DNA from: Lingula anatina | Lineage: Eukaryota > Animalia > Brachiopoda | Direction: 5' to 3' | Length of the DNA stretch: 64,000 nt | Assembly (NCBI GenBank): GCA_051362555.1 | Contig: CM120640.1 | Span: 20,460,001 to 20,524,000, forward strand | In this document: in pieces, positions 52,601-60,905 of the stretch | How positions within the stretch are numbered: the stretch's first letter is position 1 | How the letters are laid out: each line of letters opens with the position of its first letter | Notes under the pieces: model-generated | What the model saw: only the letters and a program-made list of their open reading frames with translations | Database searches by the model: none | What the model was told of the DNA's origin: nothing | Made by a program: the position numbers and the translations under genes

Positions 52601-55317
52601 TTCCAAATGTCTGTCACAAATTACTGTCCACTGGACAACTACAGCACAAACACAACACCAAAGTGATTTGGACATTTGATTTCTACAGCCCCAAGACCAA
52701 AATATGTACATGTACACCTGATATTCCCATCTGGTGACCCTGCCAAAAATTGGCATCTCAGAAATGAACAATCCAGATTTTAAACTACTACTTGAGTTTT
52801 GCTGTGATAGATTATGAATGTTCAGATCACTGGGGGTACAATATAACTAGTTTAGGTGATTTTGGTGTGCTGCATTTGGCTTCCATACAGAACCAAAGCA
52901 TTTTCCTCATTGAGTCTCCCCGACTCCAGGACAAGAACTTTTAGTGACTGGCTGTGAGGGTTGCAGGTTTGTCCAGTTGTCGGCCTTACAAGCTCACGGT
53001 AAGAATACCCTGAGCTTGTAAGGGCGAAAACTGAAAACTGAGGCAAGTTGCAGGTGTACGTCGGTGGTCGTTTTCAACACATCCCATTGTAACCGATTCT
53101 GCTATGATTCTTCCAGCCGGCCCCTTTTGGTGCCATGCTATAAAAATGGAAGAGAAGCGAGAAACATTACTTTTTTCTCTGCCTTGGGACCCGATCCCTC
53201 AAGCATTCAGAGTATCCACTGAAGCACACCACATCAGTTCCAAAAGGCTTTGAAGAGTGTAGAAAAGATTTTTCCTCAATTTGTGAGTGGGCGAGGCAGT
53301 TTTTTTTTTCACGGCCAGATTTCCGCTTTCTTTTGCGTCGGAACTGTAGGCTAAAGATCGAAACTGCGAGGTGTTAGTCTCTTTCTCCTTAAAACTCACC
53401 TTTGTTGCTCAAAATTTCAATATCTGACAAACTAAGTCTCGAAAGGCCTGAAAGAATTCCCTAGAGGTCATATGTTAACTATAAATGAGTAATAGACAAG
53501 ACTGAATGCTGTGAATGAGGGTCGTGAGAAAGAGGTCAAGTCACACGCATGCGCATTTCGGAGATTTCGCCCATTCATTATGTTCATTCAGAGTACAGAC
53601 ACATATTGTACCTGTATAAAGGGCCATCACCTGCGTCCGTCGATGCCGTCCCAGTGCACTTTCAGATATTATACGATATGTTGAAAACCGTTTAGCCTGT
53701 TGTCCCCAAAGTTAGAGCTACAAAACTGATGGATATTGATAAAATACAGGTCTTGGACCACGCACGTCTCACTTGCAAACTTCTCGCAAACTCCATGCAG
53801 CCATGCTGCCTCGCTATTCGCAGACTATTCGTAGAATCTTTTGGACATATCCAACATCCTCCGTACGTGCTTACGGGCTGTCTGCGAACTCCAAATTTCG
53901 CAAGAAGGTTTTGCGCGGCACGTGAGCTTCTGCGCAAAATTTGTACGCAAACAGGCCGTAAGAGCCAGCACGGCCGGTTGTGACCGAGGCTTTACGATTT
54001 TCCAGTCTAGTCAAAAGTTCAGTTAAAGCCTCGGTCACAGCCGGACTCACGAATTTCAGGATCGTACGTCCCCTGCGATTTCTGGATGTTGTGGAGGCCG
54101 TGGAGGTTGTAGAGGTAGAGGAAAGTATGCCTTGTGAGTCGCAAGGGCCACATGAGATGTCCTTTCAAGCAGGGACGCTAATATTGCAAGGAGCGATGGC
54201 CATGGAAATCTCATTTCTTGAATTTGTCTTGCTTCCTGTGTACGTGGCACACACTCACCACTTACGAAGGGAATGCAAAGCACGGCGAAAGTAGTGCCCT
54301 TTTGCGTCAGTTTTGCTTCACTCTTGCCTCACACGTTTGTGGGGCGTACGTCAATTTTGCTTCCTATTCTCTTCTTCTTTCTTCTTCCTCCTCCCCTTTT
54401 TCTACTATGTAAGCTTCTTTTTCTTGCCTTTTGGAGGCATATTAGAAACTAAATTGAGAAAAAATGGGAAAATTTTGAAAATTGTTGTACACGTTACACA
54501 GTCGACGTTCATCGTAAAGACACGAGCGTGCGTCGTGAGCACGCCTTTTATACACCAGGCGTGGGGGTGACGCAGTTGCGACGCATTCCCAGTGTGCTTT
54601 CGACTTTGTTCGTTAGTTGTGAGGGCGTGCACCTTAGACCTACTCATCACGCAAAGGGCACTTGCTCCTTCATTGCTTGCGACGTGAGTCTTGCAAAACG
54701 CGCGTCTCTCTTGCTAACTCAGTGCAAGGGGAGCAAGTTTCGCTTGCGGTCTCGCAGTTCGCAGGCTAACGTAGAATCTTTTGGACATGTCCAACATCCT
54801 CCGTACGTGCTTACGGGCTGTCTGCGAACTCGAAATTGCGTAAGAAGGACTTGCGTGGGACGTGAGATTCTGCGCAAAATTTGGACGCAAACAGCCCGTA
54901 AGAGCCCGTACGGCCGGTTGTGACCGAGGCTTTAGCTTGACAATATCGTAGAGGCCGAAAATCCGTACGGCCACGCACGGCCAGGTCTGCCTCCGCTCAG
55001 ACGCCGTACGTGTATCATACGGATATCGTATAGCAAATGTAACCTAGTAAATTACATTTACGGAATACTTACAATATTGTCGTTTCTTTTGGCACATTAG
55101 GCACATCTCCCTCTAAAATATCACGCAGATTGTTTATACCCCTTGACTGGCAGTCTGTGGAACCTGTGGCTGATGAAAATATACAGGTCGGCTGAAGTGG
55201 CGGCACGGTGGCGGCACCTTCAAGCTTCGATATCCAAACTTGAGACAAGACGAAAATGAGTCCAAACTTCACGGCATATGTATTCCAGGAATGAAGATTT
55301 TGTTTTAACCGCTGCAT
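16570..55317 (-). CDS. Multi-exon adhesion GPCR (ADGRG2/G6-like 7TM) with LRR-LU-SEA-HRM-GAIN ectodomain; gene span, C-terminal end uncertain
   Basis: 23 exons with canonical GT-AG ends and compatible phases at every junction give one open frame of ~1,100 aa. GPS motif CHCDHL|TNFALLV. 7TM motifs [73 protein letters not shown]. Confidence 0.92.
17077..17480 (-). CDS. aGPCR exon: TM5-TM7 and helix 8
   Basis: 404 nt, phase 2-1. CWL...LLGLTWVF...[14 protein letters not shown]. Confidence 0.95.
17796..17877 (-). CDS. aGPCR exon: TM4/ECL2 ([17 protein letters not shown]...)
   Basis: 82 nt, phase 1-2. Joins GW-G-VP and F-CWL. Confidence 0.92.
18298..18442 (-). CDS. aGPCR exon: TM3/ICL2 ([31 protein letters not shown]...VGW)
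   Basis: 145 nt, phase 0-1. Confidence 0.94.
19536..19653 (-). CDS. aGPCR exon: ICL1/TM2 ([25 protein letters not shown])
   Basis: 118 nt, phase 2-0. Resembles the ADGRG2/G6 KLRRDYPSKIL motif. Confidence 0.93.
19966..20093 (-). CDS. aGPCR exon: TM1 ([24 protein letters not shown])
   Basis: 128 nt, phase 0-2, TYVGC.LS motif. Confidence 0.93.
21189..21252. repeat. (AAT)n microsatellite
   Basis: Direct reading. Confidence 0.97.
21525..21677 (-). CDS. aGPCR exon: GPS motif (CVFWDF...GWSGRGC...[15 protein letters not shown])
   Basis: 153 nt, phase 0-0, canonical GPS with HL|T site. Confidence 0.95.
21986..22156 (-). CDS. aGPCR exon: GAIN ([10 protein letters not shown]...[14 protein letters not shown])
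   Basis: 171 nt, phase 0-0. Confidence 0.88.
22484..22732. mobile_element. Foldback MITE (~250 bp, ~100-bp arms)
   Basis: ggatccgttcacatgaaaaatctat...ccctgaataccc mirrored at 22640-22732. Confidence 0.85.
22866..23210 (+). repeat. Interspersed repeat starting aactagaggatcagagagg, with further copies at ~24517 and ~24706-25120
   Basis: Shared blocks ccaccagctgga, catctccagtgttgtg..tgacaagctctac, tctctgccagttttggagatataaggga, aaggtcaa. Confidence 0.7.
23478..23633 (-). CDS. aGPCR exon: GAIN (IRLPRTLF...[14 protein letters not shown])
   Basis: 156 nt, phase 0-0, typical GAIN I.LP..L and F..Y...F motifs. Confidence 0.88.
23805..23979 (-). CDS. aGPCR exon: GAIN ([12 protein letters not shown]...[11 protein letters not shown]...)
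   Basis: 175 nt, phase 2-0, PNLA motif. Confidence 0.88.
25170..27615. repeat. Diverged ~1.1-kb tandem duplication within an intron, with a locally inverted segment
   Basis: 25170-26130 repeats at 26365-27230. 26140-26270 recurs inverted at ~27500-27615. Confidence 0.8.
28164..28389 (-). CDS. aGPCR exon: GAIN helical subdomain A ([34 protein letters not shown]...)
   Basis: 226 nt, phase 1-2, ttttag/gtaata. Confidence 0.87.
28727..29063 (+). mobile_element. Non-autonomous element with AGGGATAATAAC TIRs and TTAA-like flanks (Kolobok-like)
   Basis: ttaa-agggataataac ... gttattatccct-ctaa. Related copies at 29845-30160 (inverted) and ~19777-19884 (deleted). Confidence 0.65.
29616..29728 (-). 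CDS. aGPCR exon: HRM part 2 and GAIN start ([19 protein letters not shown]...)
   Basis: 113 nt, phase 2-1. Completes RQC...W...C. Confidence 0.85.
29845..30160 (-). mobile_element. Inverted copy of the 28727-29063 element
   Basis: ttaa-agggataacaactgttcgttttggccaaaaaa is the reverse complement of 29030-29063. Further matching blocks continue to ~30100. Confidence 0.7.
30194..30341 (-). CDS. aGPCR exon: HRM domain part 1 (VCLH...GNYTW...LPCRY...AVRQ)
   Basis: 148 nt, phase 1-2, C-W-C pattern of the hormone-receptor domain. Confidence 0.85.
30516..30694 (-). CDS. aGPCR exon: SEA-like domain end ([17 protein letters not shown]...DGSL)
   Basis: 179 nt, phase 2-1, tgcag/gtacgt. Confidence 0.82.
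31019..31062. repeat. (AT)n microsatellite
   Basis: Direct reading. Confidence 0.95.
31092..31159 (-). CDS. aGPCR exon: SEA-like domain middle ([22 protein letters not shown])
   Basis: 68 nt, phase 0-2, tttcag/gtaatt. Confidence 0.8.
31928..32360 (-). mobile_element. 'TAGATCGATCTA'-family MITE carrying an internal sibling insertion
   Basis: Outer parts are the reverse complement of 47753-47981. Confidence 0.8.
32084..32298 (-). mobile_element. 215-bp MITE 'D', copy 1, 3-bp TSD AGT
   Basis: Near-identical reverse complement of 60691-60905, with AGT duplicated on both sides. Confidence 0.85.
33475..33572 (-). CDS. aGPCR exon: SEA-like domain start ([29 protein letters not shown])
   Basis: 98 nt, phase 1-0, ttacag/gtatgt. 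Confidence 0.8.
36177..38300 (+). pseudogene. Possible decayed spliced plus-strand coding relic (transposase-like?) in the aGPCR intron
   Basis: Two paralogous exon-like blocks (36177-36252, 36413-36481), each ag...gtaagc; the second has a TAA stop. Further broken frames follow, including ANAESA near 38172. Confidence 0.25.
38863..39410. mobile_element. MITE with ~165-bp near-perfect TIRs, TA flanks
   Basis: agagcgcattctcaacgaattaagccaggctttacaaag... exactly mirrored at the right end. Confidence 0.9.
39740..39988. repeat. ~60-bp degenerate minisatellite, ~4 copies (catcaa..tgtcttttcctgcttgtgtat...)
   Basis: Unit starts near 39746, 39808, 39868 and 39931. Confidence 0.85.
40670..41358. mobile_element. 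Interspersed repeat, copy 2 of the 9260-9952 family
   Basis: Same order of motifs (gtgccgtcattttt, aaatggtgtcatt, gtaagatgacatatgtgtaaatg, aagggtgacaatatac-ttaa). Confidence 0.75.
42320..42494 (-). CDS. aGPCR exon: C-half of LU domain (SSC...[11 protein letters not shown]...SCCLGDNCN)
   Basis: 175 nt, phase 0-1, tttcag/gtatgt, CCxxDxCN LU signature. Confidence 0.88.
44570..45050 (+). mobile_element. Decayed L1/Tx1-type LINE ORF2 fragment
   Basis: [12 protein letters not shown] at 44979-45014, the (G)EK.S.YF.NLEK motif of Tx1/L1 ORF2. Surrounding frames are broken. Confidence 0.65.
45185..45239. repeat. (AAT)n-(ATT)n self-complementary microsatellite
   Basis: Direct reading; abuts ttacag at 45246. 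Confidence 0.92.
45650..47221 (+). CDS. Single-coding-exon class A (rhodopsin-like) GPCR, peptide-receptor-like (CCK/orexin-type orphan), 523 aa, nested antisense in an aGPCR intron
   Basis: Seven hydrophobic segments. GN (TM1), LAILD (TM2), C..DRY (TM3), FALSWAPF (TM6), NNAINPILY (TM7). Long ICL3. Good ATG context (accATGg). Confidence 0.95.
   Translation: MGEKHNLQETEGFPFLPLIPTIIFMVALIIIGTCGNMIVVFVFSLKRKKSTANYYQFILAILDLFACVFLHPYIISKLFNMDNQTNVVPCKIFEFLIHASLLSEGLVLVAVAVDRYYAVCQPMKFVNAFNRTRGMLIAAVTVGVLLSIPLLQFYGVHTVQQKPAYSKYNHTVTRYLCDYSDIYQGSLSQGVFGAVVLLMFCVSLITVTVLYLVIAKAIHDRRRRVEPIRSISAFMTKPGPDAKRLQKTKVDSQKQSVSENIPSKYSTEASTSDSKSTRFTARSEEVATEETQAKKVTNTVCEHEEDTNKLKKLNKNTPLMTKVYFECHLANSSKIEYIKDKSEENCEIIDDAKVINLEQESGTSTEQKNYNMKESTIQQDSSRIKNGSHLHCHSPVSIKTNASLDDKVGKGYLAKEHEKTSAWNWPDKPKQLASKGAKVLFLVTLVFALSWAPFWVIKFASMINPNFWPEKTFLDIAFKVLLMHAFYLNNAINPILYTLMNKAFATDVKDVVRKLRQRLQPEL
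47480..47545. repeat. (GA)n/(TG)n microsatellite downstream of the nested GPCR stop
   Basis: Direct reading. Confidence 0.92.
47753..47981 (+). mobile_element. 'TAGATCGATCTA'-family MITE, uninterrupted copy
   Basis: TIR cattcccatagattttagatcgat / atcgatctaaatctctgggaatg. Confidence 0.82.
49728..49813 (-). CDS. aGPCR exon: N-half of Ly6/uPAR (LU) domain ([23 protein letters not shown])
   Basis: 86 nt, phase 1-0, tttcag/gtatgt, CYTC start of LU fold. Confidence 0.85.
50045..50193 (-). CDS. aGPCR exon: degenerate LRRCT-like cap (VLTMNCIPP...IHCTQGG...)
   Basis: 149 nt, phase 2-1. Bridges the LRR and LU exons in frame. Only two cysteines are retained. Confidence 0.72.
50486..50551 (-). CDS. 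aGPCR exon: LRR 3 ([22 protein letters not shown])
   Basis: 66 nt, phase 2-2, tttcag/gtaagt, IxPxAF..L..L motif. Confidence 0.85.
51150..51224 (-). CDS. aGPCR exon: LRR 2 ([25 protein letters not shown])
   Basis: 75 nt, phase 2-2, tctag/gtaagc, AFxGL LRR motif. Confidence 0.88.
51426..51520. repeat. Short direct duplication gggtcaaaggaaactaatcatgc.ccatt
   Basis: Two copies ~55 bp apart. Confidence 0.8.
51903..52108. mobile_element. Degenerate MITE related to 14838-15128
   Basis: gcattca...gatccgccaactaa...atggccgacccactt inverted as aagtgggtcagccat...gatcagttagt...tgaatgc. Confidence 0.6.
52177..52248 (-). CDS. aGPCR exon: LRR 1 ([24 protein letters not shown])
   Basis: 72 nt, phase 2-2, ttcag/gtaagt, typical 24-aa LRR exon. 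Confidence 0.88.
53760..53991 (+). mobile_element. Right-end fragment of a B-family element
   Basis: Repeats 54770-54931 and ends ccggttgtgaccgaggct-tta. Confidence 0.75.
54027..54931 (+). mobile_element. Harbinger-like non-autonomous element 'B', copy 1
   Basis: TIR AGCCTCGGTCACA.CCGG / CCGGTTGTGACCGAGGCT with TAA/TTA flanks. Colinear with 58120-59365. Confidence 0.88.
55073..55317 (-). CDS. aGPCR exon: signal peptide-like segment plus LRRNT cap
   Basis: MQRLKQ...[20 protein letters not shown]...[22 protein letters not shown]...[14 protein letters not shown] donor, phase 2. Acceptor at 55363 upstream of the ATG. Confidence 0.8.
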
Positions 55318-56863
55318 TTTTTTTCGGTAGATTTGGTGAAGTTCTGGGTTTAGTTCGTCAAATCTGAAATGAGTCAAAAATGTATAATCTGTAGATACAT
55401 ATATTCATAAAAATTATAACGTTATCAGACGAAGAATTCAACCTATCTGCATTGTGAATTCAACTGTGGATAGTAACAACATAATATCTCATGAACTGTT
55501 GGCTCACTTACAGGATAATACATGAAATATTTTCTCTTGCCGCATTACTGTAAATAAACCAAGACGGTTAGCTAAAAATGAGACAAGTGCGCCGCATAAA
55601 TCGAAAGAAAAAACTCATGTGAAGGCAATCGCAATCCTTAATAGGAAAGACGGTACTTAAACAATCTGGAACGGAGGTGAAATAAAGAACAGATCTCTTC
55701 GGAGTTTCTCGTTTGTATATCTGTAATGCCATTTTTAAATCTAGGGCCTGTCATCCCCTCACAGACAGTAATTGAGACAGATAAATATTGTATGAATAAG
55801 CGATTTCGAAAATAAGCTATTTACATTTAGGCTCAAGTCAGTTATTCAGAGTTTTTTCAGGCGTTTTTCAATTATTTCACCCAAAAGCTTGTCGCTCCAT
55901 AGACTAGGCCCTATGCTCTTTGGCTTGCTAATAATTTCTTCTTCCATTCGGTGTTACAAAAACGAGAAATATATCATCCAAATTTAATTTGAGATTAATT
56001 AAGATATGATTGGTATTCGATATAATTAAAGATGTTTCCATTTTTAGGTGTACGTTAAAAATCGTGTGTACAGAAATAACAACCACTATAAAAAGTTTAT
56101 TCTTACAATGGCATACATCGTTCTGAGATAAATAGAAGGCCTCTTATTAACTTCATTTAACCGAGGAAAGAATCAAATCTAGCGACAGTGTTATTTGTGG
56201 AAATAACAGGACTTCTAAATCGTCTAGGTTCAGATTAAGAGGTGACTCATACATGAAAGAAAGGTCAACTAAAGCATAGAGTTTTTAAGTTAAGACGCTA
56301 GGTTAAGTTTATTCCACAAAAGAGGATGTGCACTGTGATGTTCAGTTGAGTGTAATAATCGCAATTAATACACAGCGTTGTGTTTCATGTTAGTTATTTG
56401 TGTCTAGTGCGTCTTCTTTCGTGTATGCCACGTTTACTTAAAACACTTTTCCTTTTTCTATTAACGACATTTTGGTTGAATCTAACTTGTTTGAAAAAAT
56501 GTTATATCATTAGAATAAGCATAAAGGAAACAAGGTCAAACATTTTTTATAGTTCAGAACGGACTTAGATAAATAATTGTTATAAGAACTATAAAACCTT
56601 GTGTAGTGATTATTGGGTCAAATATGGTCCACTGATTACCAAACACTGAATGTTTCCTCACTAAATCAATATAATATTGTAATAATGAAAGACCAACTGG
56701 CTTTTTCACTTCGAAGAATCCGTCAAGAGATTAGTGAAATACAGGAAGCTCAATTCAAAATGTAACAAAAGTAAAGCGAGTCAATATTGCAATTGAATAT
56801 ACCAAACATGATTTTAATCATGACCTAAAAGTCACATGACTATGGTTATTGAATCTAACTCAC

Positions 56864-56934
56864 ACCTTTTGGTGCTTTCCAGTCTGATTTTCCACTCGAG
56901 ACCGGCTGTAAAAAGATTGAGATACTCCGACCAT
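56864..56934 (-). CDS. Possible upstream first exon of the adhesion GPCR (MVGVSQSFYSRSRVENQTGKHQK), or 5' UTR exon
   Basis: GTGAGT donor after 56864. Splices in frame to the acceptor at 55363 (V-FDELNPELH...). No homology support. Confidence 0.35.
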
Positions 56935-58119
56935 CTCATTCTGTCCAATTTTTCGCTTACATCTGCATATATAGTCTCTTTGGTAGTTTTTACTTCATAA
57001 ACGTGTGACCAAGTTGTTTGTCCTGCGTCATCGACAGGAATGGGTACATGACAGTGCTGTCAATATACAATGTCGTGTATTACGTACTTCTTTTCACAGA
57101 AATACTTCCAAGGCAGCACTATTGTTTTACTTACCTACATATATCTACATCTGTATCTAGCGCTCTTTCGTGTTACTGATATAGGGCTGCGCGATAACAT
57201 TAGCACCGTCACTAACTTTGGCTACGAAAGTGTCTGTGATCAACAGTATTTAAAACCTCCGATATATTGCTGTGCTGCAGTGACCTGGCCCTCTGTAGCT
57301 TCCTTGTCCCACGATCGAGATCTATTGGCAAAGCTAGAACGGGCGGGAACAGACAACGTCTATTCACTCTGAAATAACCAACAATGCACTGAAACTCATA
57401 AGTGTCGTGCAATGCGGATGTTACGTGGAACGCCAGTACCTGGCAGTGCGAGTCCTAGATTTCAGTCCCAACAGTGTGCAATATCACGTTTGCCGTGCAC
57501 AATTGGCCTGGATGCTTTTGTATGCTTTAAATAAATATAGGGGGTGACTGCTGAACGACGAGGACGTCCCACGGCAGAGTATTGAACGCTTTTAAAAACA
57601 GCAACAATAATAATAATAATAGCTGCGATGGCGTTCTTACAACGAGGCTTTGGAGTTATTATTATTTTTACTGTGATAAGCATTTGAGAAAACGGAGGCT
57701 GAATATGATTGCCAAAGGTAGATGCCATGTACGTCTTGTGCCTCTGGCTCTGACCAGGGAATTATATCCGATATAATTCCCTGCTCTGACTGACCTTGGA
57801 AGGAACAGCCAAGATCTGTAAGAAATGCAACTGGAACTGTGACCGAAGATGCCTTCTAAGACAATCTTCCCATGCCTAGATCGATCTAACAGGATCGATC
57901 TATCTCCAAAGGGTTTCTAGCTAAATTGCTTTCATCTTAAGCGGCTTAGATGTCTGGCACGCCTTCTGAAGCTGCTAAACGATAATTTATAACCCCCAAG
58001 GAGCTTCAGTAGGCGTGACAGACATTTAAGAGAACATTCCCAGAGACTATCGTACTAACTTTGGATCGAACCATCTCAGAGGGGATTTTCGCTAAATTGC
58101 AATAAACCTGGGCGGCTTA

Positions 58120-59365
58120 AGCCTCGGTCACAACCAGACGCACGAATTTCAGGATCGTACGTTCCCTGCGATTTTTGGGTGTTGCGGAGGCCGTAGAGGT
58201 CGTAGAGGTAGAGGAAAGTCTGTCTTACGAGTTGCAAGTGCCACATGAGATGTCCTTTCAGGCAAGGACGCTATAGCAAGGAGCGATGGTCGTGAAAATT
58301 GTACTCATTACTTGAGTTTGTCTTGCACACACTCACCACTTACGAAGGGAATGCAACGCACGGCGAAAGTAGTGCCCTTTTGCGTCAGTTTTGCTTCACA
58401 CTTGCCTCTCACGTTTGTGGTGACGTACTGACGGTTTGTGGTGACGTACGTCAGTTTTGCTTCCTGTTCTCCTCTTCTTTCTTCTTCCTCCTCCCTTTTT
58501 TCTACTACATGTATGTAAGCTTTTTTCTCTTGCCTTTTGGAGGCATATTAGAAACTAATTTGAGCAAATATTTGAAAATATTGAAAGTTTTTGTACTCGT
58601 TACACAGTCGAAGTTCATTGTAAAGACACGAGCGTGCGTCGTGAGCACGCCTTTTATACACCAGGCGTGGGGGTGACGCACGTGCAACGCATTCCCGGTG
58701 TGCTCTCGACTTTGTTCGTTAGTTGTGAGGGCGTGCGCCTTAAGCCTAGGTCCCAACTGCGTTTTGGACGCACGGTTTTTAGGTTCCTTGCGTCCGGCTA
58801 GGACGTAGCTAGATCGCACGTAGCGGCTGTTGATCATGTAGACAAGTTTCTACGTGCTGTTTGCGTCCTCCAAAAGTCGCACGATGGACGTGCTCCTCAT
58901 GCACGAACTCCCACGTTTTCCCCATTTTTTGGCTGTAGACCACACGCAGCAGCCCGTACGTTCGGTTGGGGCCTAGGCTTTACTTGATTTCTTCCCTGCG
59001 ATCTAGCTACGTCCTAGACGGACGCAAGGAACCTAAAAACCGTGCGTCCAAAACGTAGTTGGGACCTAGGCTTTACTCAACACGCAAAGGGCACTTGCTC
59101 CTTCATCGCTTGCGACGTGCGTCTTGCACAACGAGCGCCTCTCTTGATAACTTCGTGCGAGGGGAGCAAGTTACGTTTGCAGCCTCGCTGTTCGCAGGCT
59201 ATTCGTAGAATCTTTTGGACATGTCCTACATCCTCCGTACGTGCTTACGGGCTGTCTACGAACTCGAAATTTCGTAAGAAGGCCTTGCGTGGGACGTGAG
59301 ATTCTGCGCAAAATTTGGACGCAAACAGCCCGTAAGAACCCGTACGGCCGGTTGTGACCGAGGCT
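58120..59365 (+). mobile_element. Element B, copy 2, inserted in X', TTA TSD
   Basis: gcggc-TTA-agcctcggtcacaacc ... ggttgtgaccgaggct-TTA-gatgtc. Confidence 0.9.
58743..59072. mobile_element. MITE 'C' (~76-bp TIRs AGCCTAGGTCCCAACT...) inserted in B, TTA TSD
   Basis: TTA on both sides. Absent from the B copy at 54 kb. Confidence 0.9.
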
Positions 59366-59419
59366 TTAGATGTCTGTCGCGCCTGCTGAGGTTGATAGGG
59401 GATAATTCACTATTGTTTA

Positions 59420-60569
59420 AACCCTTTTTACACTGGACGGCGTCCTTTCTGCGTCCTTTGTGCGACCATGAAACTGGCCAGGACGCCGTCGGACGCTCAA
59501 AGAACGCACGGTGATCGTTACGGTCGCACAAAGAACGTTCAAGCATCGCCGAGGACGCCATGGACGCCGCGAAGTTTTGAGCATGTTCAAAACAATCGCA
59601 GAGAGAACGCGATGGAGGATGATCGCTCATTGGACGCAGAAAGGACGCACAAGCATCGCCGTGGTCGCAGAGAGGACGCTCAAGCACTGCCGCGGTCGTA
59701 GAAAGGAGGCACAAGTATCGGTTTGGTTGCAGAATGAAAACTCGAAGATCGTCCAGTGTGCGGCACGTAGAACATTATTTTTTTCACTCTCAAACGGGGT
59801 CGTGCTGAGGTATTTTTCACCAAACAGGAATACTAAAGGCAACAGTGGTCTCATATCAGCTTTCGATTGTTTTTTCCCCTAAAATTTATGAAAAGATCCA
59901 TTTTTTTGAGGTTATTATAAAACGAATATTTTGCCTTTTTTACAAGATGCATTAATTGTCAGAACTTTTTGCAAAATGCGTTATTTGAAAACGGATTCAA
60001 ATATTCTATGTTGTGTCAGGCATACTTTCTCGTTTTTGGTGCCTGTCCATCCTTCTTATAAGGATAACAATGAGCATCTGGCTGATTATCAGTCCATACA
60101 GACCTTGCATCACTATAGTTTAAAGCGAATATTCCCATTTATCTGATTTGTGTGCTGGAAATGTTTTTATTGGATGACCTGTTTAGAACCGATGAAAAAA
60201 TATGAGTTAGAATATAGAGAAGGACGCCCAAACAACGCTCATCGGTCAAGCAGGATGCAGAATGATCGTAGAATAGACGCCACTGATCGCCGATGAAGGT
60301 ACAGAGAACGCAGCAAGAATGCTCAATGGTCGCTCAAACATCGCAATGGACGCCTTGGGTTGCACAGGGGACGTACAGTGGAGGCAGGCAGATCGCTCGT
60401 TGTTTTACAGGTAAAATCAAGATTCGGTCGTTCAAAGGACGCACAAGGGACGCAGAGGCCTTTACACTGAGACACGATTTAATTGCTTTAGCGACCATTG
60501 AGCGTCCTGACCACTTTTTTGAACGCAGAAGGGACGCAGAAATGACGCCGTCCAGTGCAAAGGGGCCCT
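59420..60569 (-). mobile_element. Element A, copy 2, inserted in X'
   Basis: TIRs ttttacactggacggcgtcctttctgcgtcc / ggacgcagaaatgacgccgtccagtgcaaagg. Reverse complement of 12877-14178. Confidence 0.85.
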
Positions 60570-60690
60570 TAGCAGCTTTAGTGGGCGTCCCAAACGTCTA
60601 AGCCGCTTGGGCTGAAAGCAATTTAGCGAGAGACCCCGTGGAGATGGACCGATCCTGTTAGATCGATCTAGGGATGGGAACCCAGTCTAA

Positions 60691-60905
60691 GGCTCTATTC
60701 CCATAGAATTTAGATCGATCTATCCCCGCGGGGAGTCTCACTAGATTACTTTCAGATAATCCGACTTAAATGTCCGTCCCGCCTACTACAAGCTGTAAGT
60801 GGGTAATTAACTTTCGTGTCCGCCCGGCTGATAGCTATTTAGCGTGAACCCCCAGGGAGTTAGGTCGATCTAAAGTAGGTCGATGTAATTTATGGAAATG
60901 GGGTG
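60691..60905 (+). mobile_element. MITE D, copy 2, TAA TSD
   Basis: TAA-ggctctattcccata ... tatggaaatggggtg-TAA. Confidence 0.85.

Larger units (their letters stand above)
58030..60687 (-). mobile_element. Inverted X-family copy (X') inserted in X, TAA TSD
   Basis: Its left arm mirrors the right arm of X and its right arm mirrors the left arm of X. TAA at 58027-29 and 60688-90. Confidence 0.72.

Noticed and set aside
53692-54974. Cluster of overlapping ORFs, repeated at 58299-60601 and 12723-14177
   Set aside because: All lie within GC-richer non-autonomous TIR elements, have no transposase motifs, and the frames differ between copies.
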